Origin: Blepharisma stoltei ATCC 30299
Taxonomy: Eukaryota; Protista; Ciliophora
Reading direction: 5' to 3'
Assembly (NCBI GenBank): GCA_965603825.1
Contig: CBFDEM010000053.1
Location: 992,001 to 1,056,000, forward strand
DNA: 64,000 bases
The translations under genes and the position numbers were made by a program. Position 1 is the first letter of the stretch. The number at the start of each line of letters is the position of its first letter. Positions 49,301 to 60,014 of this stretch are shown piece by piece. The notes beneath the pieces are model-generated. The model saw only the letters and a program-made list of their open reading frames with translations. It had not been told where the DNA came from and made no database searches.

Positions 49301-52300
49301 ATAAATTCACAGGAGCGGACTTTCATATAAAACATCTAAAATTCCAAACTCTTCTTCTTTGTAATCATTAGATTTTACATTCAAAAATATTATTAAGCTT
49401 ATGATAGAGACTAGATATGAGCATATTGTTCACATATTGAAAGCATTGACTTCAACTATAATATAGGCCATTGAAGCCCCATATAGTGTAAGAAATATTA
49501 TTATTTCCATTGTGTAAATATCTAGAGTAAACCCTTTATCATTTATCAGATTTTGTATAAGATAAATTGGCCAGTATATAATTACTGCATATAAAGCGGC
49601 TGCAACAATTAGCATTATAAACTTTTTGGTCCCAAGTAAAACATAGTGATTGCATGTAGTGTAGACTTGAGGGAATTTATAAATTTGGCGACTGCTCAAA
49701 TCTTCATCAAAAAGCTCACTTCCGACAATAGGAATTAATATCAAGAAAAATAGATAAAAATCGAGCAAGTCTTGGTCAAGCATTGAGTCGCAATTGGAAT
49801 ATGAAGAATTGCAGTAAAATAGCATAATAAAAGTTATCAAATAATTCACAAAAAATGACAGCATAATAACTTTTGATAATATAATAAACTTGGTATGGCC
49901 ATGATACAAAAGTAGCTCTTTTAGCTGAGAAAATCTTTGTATTGCAGCATGCCCAACATGCTCAGTGCTTGATCTTACAATTCCAACACCTAGATGGGCA
50001 GTTTTTATCATTTCGATGTCGCTTGATTCATCTCCAATCGCAAGCGTTGTTGGGTCATAAGAAAACCCAGTTCTTAAAAATCTTACAATTGTTGCTTTAT
50101 CGCTAGGAAGTAAAGAATGAAAACATACACTTTCTGCTGAACACAGTAATGCGGCTAAATATTTTCTATTTTCTTCAGACTTTAAGCCATATTCAACAAC
50201 ACTCCTATCGATTGATAGCACAAAGCTAACACCACTTGGATCAACTGAGTCAGCAAGAGGAGATCTTAGCCTACCTCCTTTAGAGATATTTGATATTAAA
50301 AATGGATTTACTGATCTTCTGCGCACCTTACTTTTGCGTCGAACTCTATAAGGTGTACTAGATACATAACGGCTTGAAGAATATGCTGGGTGTTGAATGC
50401 TATTTTGATAAAGCATTTCAAAATTTGACATAACTCGATGAGGATTATTATCAAATGATGATTCATCCTTTAATAGTGTCGAAACACCCGTATTAGTATT
50501 TGAGGTAAGGTGAAAAAGATTGATTTTTATCTGATCGATTAATTCCACAGTACAGTCTCAGAGAGAAATTACAGGGGTTATTTTTGAAATATTTGCACTT
50601 GATTTGAGCAAGCCTGATGTAACTCCAACACTTAAGGTATTTTCTTCATTATCTCCACTTAGAATCCAGATTTTTATTCCCGCTTTTGTCAAAGTCTCAA
50701 TAGTTTCTTTTGTTTCATCTAAGACTGTTTCTTCAAGGCCGACTGCTCCCAAGAATTTCGCTTCTTTTTCAAGCTTTGTGAATAAATCTTCAATTTTTTT
50801 ATCACAGATTGCAGGAAGAAGCTTAAAGTTATGATAATCAATTTCAAACTCCTCTGTTTCCTTTTTACTTAATTTCCTAAGCCCGAAGACAATAATTTTT
50901 TTATCTGCCATTTCAGAATGAGTTAATAAATCATCAATATATGCTACATCTTCAGAAGTTTCATAAAATAGCTTCATCATCGCTTCATTAGATCCACTTA
51001 TATATAAAATTGATGTTTCAGTTTTCGGGTTGCTAATGATAATTCGCGATTTTTTTACACTGTGAGATTTTCTTTGATGACCAATTATTTTTAATTTGAG
51101 TTCTTCATCTAATATGGTAATATCACAATCAAAGGTTGATTTTTTTTTAAGCTTTATTCCCAAATCTTTACTTGCCTCAATCATAGCTTTTTCCTCATTT
51201 GAAATTGGGCTCGAAGTTTTGTCGGATCTCATAAATGTGCTATTGCATACAGCCATACATATGAGGAAATGATAAAAAACTGAATCTGATTCAGAATTCA
51301 TAAAATCTGTCTTTAAATCAGCAAACGACTTGAAGTTTTTAGAATTAGTCCTAAGTAGCTCAGGAATAATAAGTGGAACCCTTGTATCTGATTTATCATG
51401 ATGATAATAGCTTTCACAAGGAGATTGACAAAAATCAGAGCTATCTCTTATATAAATATCACCAGCTACTATGCATGTTTGCAATTTAATATCACCATTG
51501 GTTAAAGTCCCAGTCTTGTCTGCTAAAATATATTCAACTTGTCCTGCATCTTGCAAAGAGGATAGAGAATTGATGTGAATGTCATGAAACTTTCTGAGGC
51601 TAAACGAAAAAATTAGCTTTACAGTTCTGAATGTAATAAATAAAGATATAGGGATAAGATAGCTGTATAAAATTATAATGCTTGCAATAAAATGTGCGGT
51701 ATCTTCATCTTTTCAATAATTACTGTTGAAGATGTTATAAATGACAGTTATTAATATCAAAATTGCTGCAAAACACATCATCACAAAAACTATTTTATTC
51801 ATCCTTTTGTTGAAGGCTGAAAACTGTTCTCTAAATTTCAGTTTATTACCAGTGTTTTCGTATGTGTATATTACAACTCCTAAAATTCACTCTGAATCTA
51901 TTAGCTTAGCTCCTTGTGGGATATAGTTCGACGCAGAAAGCGCGCTGGATTTTGGGTTAGATTCAAGTCTTATTGATCCCTTAAATTCTCCAGAAGTCTT
52001 ATTGACTGGGATTTTTATGATTGCTTTTATGCGGCTAATTAAAGCTATGACTTCAAATTCGTTTGCCTCCACTGCAAACTCCATTGTTTCTTTGATAGGT
52101 TTTTTTGATTCAAAGCTTGATTCACCAATAACTCCTAGCATATCCACGTAAATTTCAGATTCTCCGCTTTTTACACATAACAATAAAATATCTGCTGGAC
52201 ACGCTTCTTTTTCTCTAATTTGAATAACATCCCCAATCTTGATGTCTTTGCTCTTTTTCGAGACAAAATTAAATCCATCACAAACTAGATATTCTTTATT

Positions 52301-52651
52301 GTTTATGTAGTTGTCATGAATATGATTTGGTATGTCATGATAAGCATCTGAAATTAAAGTGATGAAAAGCAAAACCATAAAGGGAATAATAACAGCTGAA
52401 TTGTATATGTTTGTAGTTGATAAGTGTAGCTGCAAAATAGATATAAAAAGAAATCAAAAATATCATAAATCAGAAAATTGAATAAAGATATTTTTTGGAA
52501 TAAGGTTCCATAATGTGTACTTGGCTGATTTAACTTCATTGCTGATTGACTTAAAAACATTTTCGCTGTGACTTAATAGGTAAATTACTCGCCAATTGTC
52601 AGGTTTTAGTTTGTCTTTTGGTTGCTGAAAAGGAAAATTCATTGCTTTCAT
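46352..52651 (-). CDS. P4-type ATPase-like / guanylyl cyclase fusion protein (about 2100 aa)
   Basis: One uninterrupted frame with about 11 TGA=Trp. ATPase motifs SAKYT..LIPK, PADILLL, IPISL, DKTGTLT, KIWILSGD and LAIGD; two cyclase domains (KIETVG..GDTVNTASRM; YADIAGFT..HTIGDCY). Confidence 0.92.
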
Positions 52652-52865
52652 TATAATAGAAGTTATTTGTGTTACTTTGGATTTATTTATAACCAATTTT
52701 TGCAAATAGGAAAGAAACTTATTAATTTTGTATATAAAAAATTTAAATCCACTTAATAATAGAGCATATAAAAGTATTTATTAACTTTCACAAACGATAA
52801 ATAAGGACAAGGCAGAAATAATTTGATATAGTACAAATATAAAATTCAAAATTTTAGAAATTTTT

Positions 52866-54230
52866 TTACTTCACTATAACTGATGAAATGGATGGAATTA
52901 TGTCATTTGGAGTTGGAGCCCCAGGGACTTCAGGCTCACTGAAGCTTCATAAAGTTTGAACTGATTGATCTCCACTTTTTGGCTTTTGATCTAGCTTTTC
53001 AGCTAATTCTAACACTCTTGATATGCTTTGAAGAGTAGATATCTGCTTGAGCTGCTCGATTTCACTTTCTGAAATATAATTATTGAGCCCTTTAAGCATT
53101 TTTTTCATAGAATTAATTGTTTTTCCTTTGCTTTCAAACTCAATAAGTTCAGTCAGCTGAATTTCTTTTTCTATTAAAGCGTTATCAACTCTGGCATAGT
53201 CTTGGTGCAGTTTATTAAGCTGCCCAGTCAAAGTTTTTATTTCATCTTTCAGTTTTTCTTCTCTTTCTTCTCATTTTCTTTCCAGCTTTTTCATTTCTTC
53301 TCTCTGAGTATCAATTTCTTGTCTTATTTTCATTTTTATCCCTTCAGCAGCATCATTGATTGTATAATCATGAGCAATCATTGCTTGGTCAAAGAGTTTG
53401 GTTACAAGTCTTCACATCATTTCAATCATTATTGCTTCATTATCATTCCCCTTTTGTTTTTCGCTTCGTATCAGCTCTCTTATGAGTGTTGTATATGCTG
53501 CTAATTTTTCTTGAAAATCAGTTCTTGTTATTTTCAGTAAATCCTTCGGATGGTCATTTATAGAGCTTTTTAAGGCTTCTTCAAGCTGATAAAAGAGCCC
53601 AATCCCAGGGGCAGGAGACATGATTTCTTCGCTCCTAGCAACTTGATAATTCATCTGCAAGTCCATTTTCAAATTTTGGAGAAATCGAAATGAATCTAAA
53701 AAAGAGTCTAAATCTTTTCGCTCCTGAGCTACAGAGGCTGATTTTATTACTTTAAACTTTTCTTCATCTTCAAGGTGCTCGATTCTATATATAGGATTTT
53801 TGTTACTGCGATGCTTTCTGTCGGCTCTTGCTCCTCGATAAAGTCGTTCACTGCTGAACTCTTGGACTACTGTACGATCTCGTAGAGAGTCTGGCTGCTT
53901 CAGTTCATTTTCTCTTGCTGAATAAAGGAAATTTAAGGTTTTTGTTTTAACAGGGCTTATTAAAGGTTGGCTTTCAAATACATCTATTTGTGGATTTGTG
54001 ATTTGGGAGCTAGAAATATGACTAGTTCTTACAGGAATTGGAGATGAAAATATATTTGCAGAGGATTTTGAAAGATTGATCAATCTCTTATTCATCATTC
54101 TGTAATCAGACAAAATATCAGATCTATCTTGTGAGTCTGGAATTGGGATTGGAGATGTATTATAGACAATCCTATCGACATTCTTCATGAAGTTTTTTTG
54201 TTTTTGGCGAACTCTGAAATTTGTGCTCAT
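52866..54230 (-). CDS. coiled-coil protein, weak resemblance to the axonemal dynein light chain domain
   Basis: Track ORFs joined by three TGAs to TAA 52866; AYTTLIRELIR..MM-W segment followed by heptads. Confidence 0.65.
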
Positions 54231-54540
54231 TTTTTTAGACTGCAGTTATATATTAATATTATAGTTTTCTTTTTAAATTTGATGGGTTGCCTTTGGAATT
54301 TTAAAAAGATAATTATTTTAACTTTTATAATTTTAATCATGAATAATTATTAAGCTTGACATGCTTTTCTTAACTAAATCAAATCAATAAATCAAATAAT
54401 CTGATTACTTTCTTTAAAAATTATCAGAAGTAATATTAAATTAATAATTTCGGTCTCTTAGTCTGAATCAATCTTTCCTCATCTAAAAAGATTTCTGCTA
54501 ATATATATTAACAATTTATCATATCAATCATATAATTATA

Positions 54541-57477
54541 ATGGAATTCAAAAAACCACACTCTGTCAGATCCCACAAGAATTCTCATTCCAGAAGTCCC
54601 CGAAGGCATTCCTCATCTTCAACTTCGTTTTCCAACTCCCGTAATGCAAGACTAGGCTCAACTCCTTTATATTTTAAAGGCACCCCAGGAGTAAAACTAG
54701 GAGATCGAACTCCTACAAGAGAAACTCCAAGACGAGACGAGCCTCACTCCGACTATGGTCCTGAATACCGTGCTTTAGAATGGGAAAGTCGTCAAGTCGT
54801 AGACTATGAATGATACGACTGTGACGAAGGCGGATTTTTGATGAAAGGCGAAGACGAATTCGCATATCGTGAAGACTTTTATCAAGCTCCTACTAAAAAA
54901 GGGATGAATTTAGGATCGCTAAAAAAGCTTGAAAGAAGCCAAGATAACGACAAATGGGAACTTAACAGAATGGTTAGCTCTGGAACTATTCGATTGAACC
55001 ACGCAGAAGAAGATAATGAAGATGAAGAAGAAAATCGCGTGATCCTTATGGTCCACAACACCAAACCGCCTTTTCTTGACGGCAGAATTGTGTTTACAAC
55101 TCAAATGGAGCCAATCCAAGTCGTAAAAAATCCTCAATCTGATATCGCAATTTTGGCAAGGAAAGGATCCACTGTTGTAAAAGTTGTCAGAGAAAGAAAT
55201 GAAAGGAACAAAATGAGAGACAAATTTTGGGACATTTCTGGGACAAGCCTTGGAAATTTGTTGGGAGTCCAAAAAGAAGAAGAAATTGACACAACTCGGT
55301 ATGATGATGAAGGGAATTTCGACTACAAAGCAGACTCACAGTATGCAAAATCAATGAAAAACTTTGAAGCGATCAGCGATTTTGCAAGAAGCAAAACTGT
55401 TAAGCAGCAGAGAGAATATTTACCCATTTTTTCTGTAAGAGATGAGCTGCTTAATGTGATTAGAGAAAATAGAATTGTTATTATCGTTGGGGAAACTGGA
55501 TCAGGGAAAACCACGCAGCTTACACAGTATTTGTATGAAGAAGGATACACAAAATATGGAGTCATTGGCTGCACACAGCCAAGAAGAGTAGCAGCTGTAT
55601 CAGTAGCTAAAAGAGTAAGTGAAGAAATGTCATGCAAGCTTGGTGAAATTGTAGGATATGCTATTAGATTTGAAGACTGCACAAGTGAAAATACAGTGCT
55701 TAAGTATATGACTGATGGAGTGCTGCTGAGAGAGTCTCTCAATGAAGCTGATCTTGATCAGTATTCGGCAATCATTATGGATGAAGCCCATGAAAGGTCA
55801 CTTCATACTGATGTTCTCTTTGGAATATTAAAAAAAATCGTAGCAAGAAGACGTGATTTAAGACTTATCATTACTTCCGCGACTATGAATGCTCAGAAGT
55901 TTTCTGAATTCTTTGGAGGAGCGCCAATCTACTCAATCCCTGGTAGGACTTTCCCAGTTGATACTATTTTTTCGAAAACCCCTGTTGACGACTATGTAGA
56001 TATGGCAGTCAAGCAAGCTATCGCAATCCACTTGCAGCAGCCTCCAGGCGATATTTTAATTTTTATGACTGGGCAAGAAGATATCATGGCAACTTGTGTT
56101 CTTCTCAATGAAAGAATTGCTGAACTAGGCACTGCAGCTCCAAAAATCAAAGTTCTTCCGATTTATTCACAACTTCCATCTGAAAACCAAGCAAAAATTT
56201 TTGAAAAATCAGACATAAGGAAATGTGTGGTAGCAACAAATATAGCAGAGACCTCACTTACAGTAGATGGGGTGAAGTATGTCATTGATACAGGATTTTG
56301 CAAGCTCAAAGTATTTAATCCAAAAATTGGTATGGATGCCCTACAGATTACACCAATTTCTCAAGCTAATGCTAATCAGAGGCAAGGCAGAGCTGGAAGA
56401 ACTGGACCAGGAATTTGTTATAGGCTTTATACTGATACTATTTATAGAGAAGACTTGCTAGAAAATAACATCCCAGAAATCCAAAGAACAAATTTAGCAA
56501 ATGTCGTGCTTCTGTTGAAGAGTCTGAATATTGATAACTTGTTGCAGTTTGATTTTATGGATCCTCCTCCACAAGACAATATTTTGAACTCTATGTATCA
56601 ACTGTGAATATTAGGAGCTTTAAATGATACAGGAGGCCTCACTGATCTGGGCAAGAAAATGGTTGAATTTCCTTTGGATCCACCCCTTTCGAAAATGCTT
56701 TTGGAATCAGAAAAGTATCGCTGCACGTCAGAATTGCTAACAATTGTGTCTATGCTTTCTGTCCCAAGTGTATTTTATAGGCCGAAAGACAGAGAAACAG
56801 ATGCTGATTCAGCTAGAGAAAAGTTTTTTGTCCCTGAAAGTGACCATTTAACACTTCTAAATGTTTATAATCAATGAAAAAATAATGGCTATCGATCTGA
56901 TTGGGCAAATGAGCATTTTATTCATGTGAAAGCACTAAGAAAGGTAAGAGAAGTTCGGGCTCAGCTATTAGATATAATGAACTCATTAAGGATTGAAGAA
57001 ATGTCGTGTGGGAATAACTGAGATATGGTAAGAAAAGTAATTGCTTCAGGATACTTCCATAACTCAGCCAAAATCAAAGGAATTGGAGAATACGTCAACA
57101 TGAGGACAGGGATTCCTTGCATTTTGCACCCATCAAGCGCTTTATTTAGTCTTGGATACACTCCAGATTACATAGTTTACCATGAGCTGACAATGACAAG
57201 CAGAGAATACATGCAATACGTCACTGCAGTCGATCCATACTGGCTTGCTGAGCTTGGGCCAATGTTTTTCAGCACCAAAGATACTTTCAGAGAAATCGAC
57301 AGAAAGAGAAGAAATGAAAAGAAAATGCAGGCTGAAGAAGATATGAAAAGGATCCAATCCACTCTCCTCAATCAAACTCAAAGTGTTGAACCACAAAGGA
57401 GAATCCATTCAGAAATTATCATGCCAGGTCGCGAAAAGACTCCAAAGCGCACACCAAGAATCCACCCTGGGATTTAA
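54541..57477 (+). CDS. PRP16: spliceosomal DEAH helicase Prp16/DHX38
   Basis: [31 protein letters not shown] and [12 protein letters not shown]; four TGAs at Trp positions (54811, 56605, 56875, 57019). Confidence 0.95.
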
Positions 57478-57497
57478 ATAATGGTATTTTAAAAATA

Positions 57498-58061
57498 ATG
57501 CATAAATTCGCTAAAACAATTTTTGTGTTAGGAGGGCCGGCATGTGGCAAGGGCACAGCCTGCAAATCTGCTGAAAAAACTGGCAAGTATTATCACATTT
57601 CAGCAGGAGAATTGTTAAGAGAGCAACTAAATCCCGAGTTATCAGCAATAATAAACCAGCACTTATTAGAAGGAAAAATCGTGCCAGCCAAAATTACAGT
57701 TAAATTGCTAGAGCTTAAGATGAAAACTTTAGGCTGGAATCAAAGGACATTCTTGATTGATGGATTTCCAAGAAACAGAGACAATTACGAGACTTGGGTC
57801 AGTGAAATGAAAGAAGCAGAAATAGAGAAAGTGATTTATATGAATTGTGATTACAAAACAACGATGGAAAGAATGATAAGCAGGAACGAAGGAAGAGAAG
57901 ATGACAGTTTTCAAATTTTAGAAAAGAGATACAACACCTTCCTCACCCAGACCTTACCACTTATTGAAGAATTTAGGACGAAGAGAATATTAAGAGAAAT
58001 TGATTGCTCAAAAACTAAAGAAGAGACATATAATAACTTTATTAATGCTCTTAATAACTAA
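57498..58061 (+). CDS. UMP-CMP kinase (adenylate kinase family)
   Basis: FVLGGPACGKGTAC, HISAGELLR, FLIDGFPRN and GREDD motifs. Confidence 0.9.
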   Translation: MHKFAKTIFVLGGPACGKGTACKSAEKTGKYYHISAGELLREQLNPELSAIINQHLLEGKIVPAKITVKLLELKMKTLGWNQRTFLIDGFPRNRDNYETWVSEMKEAEIEKVIYMNCDYKTTMERMISRNEGREDDSFQILEKRYNTFLTQTLPLIEEFRTKRILREIDCSKTKEETYNNFINALNN

Positions 58062-58087
58062 GTTCTCATGAGAATTCTTAAGTAGTC

Positions 58088-58327
58088 TTAACTGGCTAGA
58101 GCTTTCCCTGTTTCTCTTGCTAGGTGCCTTTCATATCTAAAATAAGCTTGCTGAGCTCGGATATCTGATGGGCACCATCTTCTATAGGCTTGCAAAGTAT
58201 CAGGACAGAGGTAATCATTTTTACTTTTCATCTCGGAGAGGCATTGCTGATGGAGATTGTCTGCAATTATGCATTGCTTGTGACTAATTGAGCCAAATGG
58301 ACTCCCTGAAAAACTAACATGTGCCAT
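58088..58327 (-). CDS. COX6B/COA6-like twin-Cys mitochondrial intermembrane-space protein
   Basis: C-X9-C-X11-C-X10-CP spacing in a 79-aa protein. Confidence 0.65.
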   Translation of the reverse strand: MAHVSFSGSPFGSISHKQCIIADNLHQQCLSEMKSKNDYLCPDTLQAYRRWCPSDIRAQQAYFRYERHLARETGKALAS

Positions 58328-58642
58328 GATGATAACTATTATAATTTATTTAAAATCCCTTGCATGTCTTCAATTGGAGCAGCATCTTAAAGAAATTGGC
58401 CACCCCTTTGGCTAAAATAAATTTATCAAATAAGTGTTTTGATATAAAATTTTTATTTATCAGTGACCAAATGTACAAAATCTTCGACTGATATAAGTAT
58501 TAACAATTTTGTGCCAAGCCTTATGAATCTTCACTATAGCATCATCATTTCTATAAACTGTAACTATTTCACTAAATTTTACTTATATAATCCTTAGCAT
58601 TACTATTAGCAAGTTGAGTAGAATGAGTAGTTAGCACTAAAA

Positions 58643-58969
58643 TTATTCTATCTTTCTGGTGGTTTTATTGCTTTCAAACTCTGCATAAGCCTTTTCAAAA
58701 GTTGCTGCTTTGTTCAAGACGATGATGATTTTCGCTCTGCTTCTGCTGACACCACCATGATCTTCTTCTGACACACTTACAGTCTCAAACTTGGCCAAAG
58801 TGGCATATCCTAATGAGCATAGCATTTCAGCAGCCCTCACAGTGTTCGCAGTGGCCTCGCCTAAGCCATGGAGCTCAACTTGTTCATGCTCTTTCAAGAT
58901 TTCCTTGGCTTGGTACACGAAAGATGTATATTTCCTCTTGAGGCTGACTTTGATCAACTTGTCTTCCAT
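58643..58969 (-). CDS. Alba DNA/RNA-binding protein
   Basis: IKVS..YV..AK..L...E.VELHGLGEA...TVRAAE.L and KIIIVL.K motifs. Confidence 0.88.
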   Translation of the reverse strand: MEDKLIKVSLKRKYTSFVYQAKEILKEHEQVELHGLGEATANTVRAAEMLCSLGYATLAKFETVSVSEEDHGGVSRSRAKIIIVLNKAATFEKAYAEFESNKTTRKIE

Positions 58970-59064
58970 CTTCCTAATTTATGCCATTCACTTAAATTCC
59001 ACCTTAAATTTAACTATGGTTTTCTATTCCATTCAGGCAAAAAACTTACAAATAATCCATTTAA

Positions 59065-59961
59065 ATGAACATCATATCTCCGCAGCCTGAGTATGTTCGT
59101 TCACAGCATAAAGACACAGAAATTATGAGCTATTTCAAAACATCGATGCTGGAGATAGTTGATGCTTGATTCGGATCGAGGATTAACTTGAAATATGCAG
59201 CTGAAATATCAGTGCTTATAGAAATTTTATATTATGCGTCTGGGCTGATTTTTTCAAATACAGATGTGAAGCAGACAATGGGGCAAGAGTATGTGAGTAG
59301 CTCAATAGCTGATTTAGGGAAAGTTGCTAAAATTAAAAGAGTATTGGTAAGCACGAATTACCCAAAAGCTGCACAATTTTTCAGGCCTGGATTGGTAAAG
59401 ATGTGCTTGTACATTTTAGTAAAGACTGTTTTCCCATATGCAATTAAGAAATGAAGCAGGAGAAGTGAGGCAAAGTCAAGGAATACTGAAAATAAATCGT
59501 GATATGACTGTCTGCCAAGTGCTGAAGAGATTTGAGATGAAATTCTATCAAAAGCACATTTAGCTTTGTTTTTATTGACTGGAGTATATGATGAAATTGC
59601 TAAAAGAATCCTCAATTTAGTTTTTGTAAAGACTATTAGAGCGAGAAATCCTTACTTCTTGTATAAAAGATTGGGATATCTCGTTTTAATACAGATTTTT
59701 ATAAGCACATATAAGCTTACAAAAAGATTTTTGCTAAAAATGAGAGCAATGAATGTCACAGAAGCCCAGCAGCTGGAAGAGATATATGATAGCAAGGAAT
59801 GCCCTTTGTGTATGTCGCCGTTAAGAAATCCTTCAGCAACTCCATGCGGACACATCTTTTGCTGGAGCTGCATAATGAGGGCTTCTCAAATAAACCCGAT
59901 TTGCCCAAATTGCAGGCAGCAATGCTTACCCCAATCAATATTGCAGCTGAGAAACCTTTAA
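59065..59961 (+). CDS. PEX10: peroxin Pex10 (Pex2/Pex12 N-terminal domain + RING)
   Basis: PEYVRSQHKD, QTMGQEY, HLALF..G.Y..IAKR and RING TPCGHIFCWSCI..CPNCR; four TGA=Trp. Confidence 0.85.
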
Positions 59962-60014
59962 CTATTCTAATGTATTTCAATTGATTTATTAATGAGAAAA
60001 TTAAAAATTAATTT

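Noticed and set aside
3149-52651. cGMP signalling cluster (PKG + guanylyl cyclase)
   Set aside because: The genes are about 40 kb apart with many unrelated genes between, and both families are expanded in ciliates.
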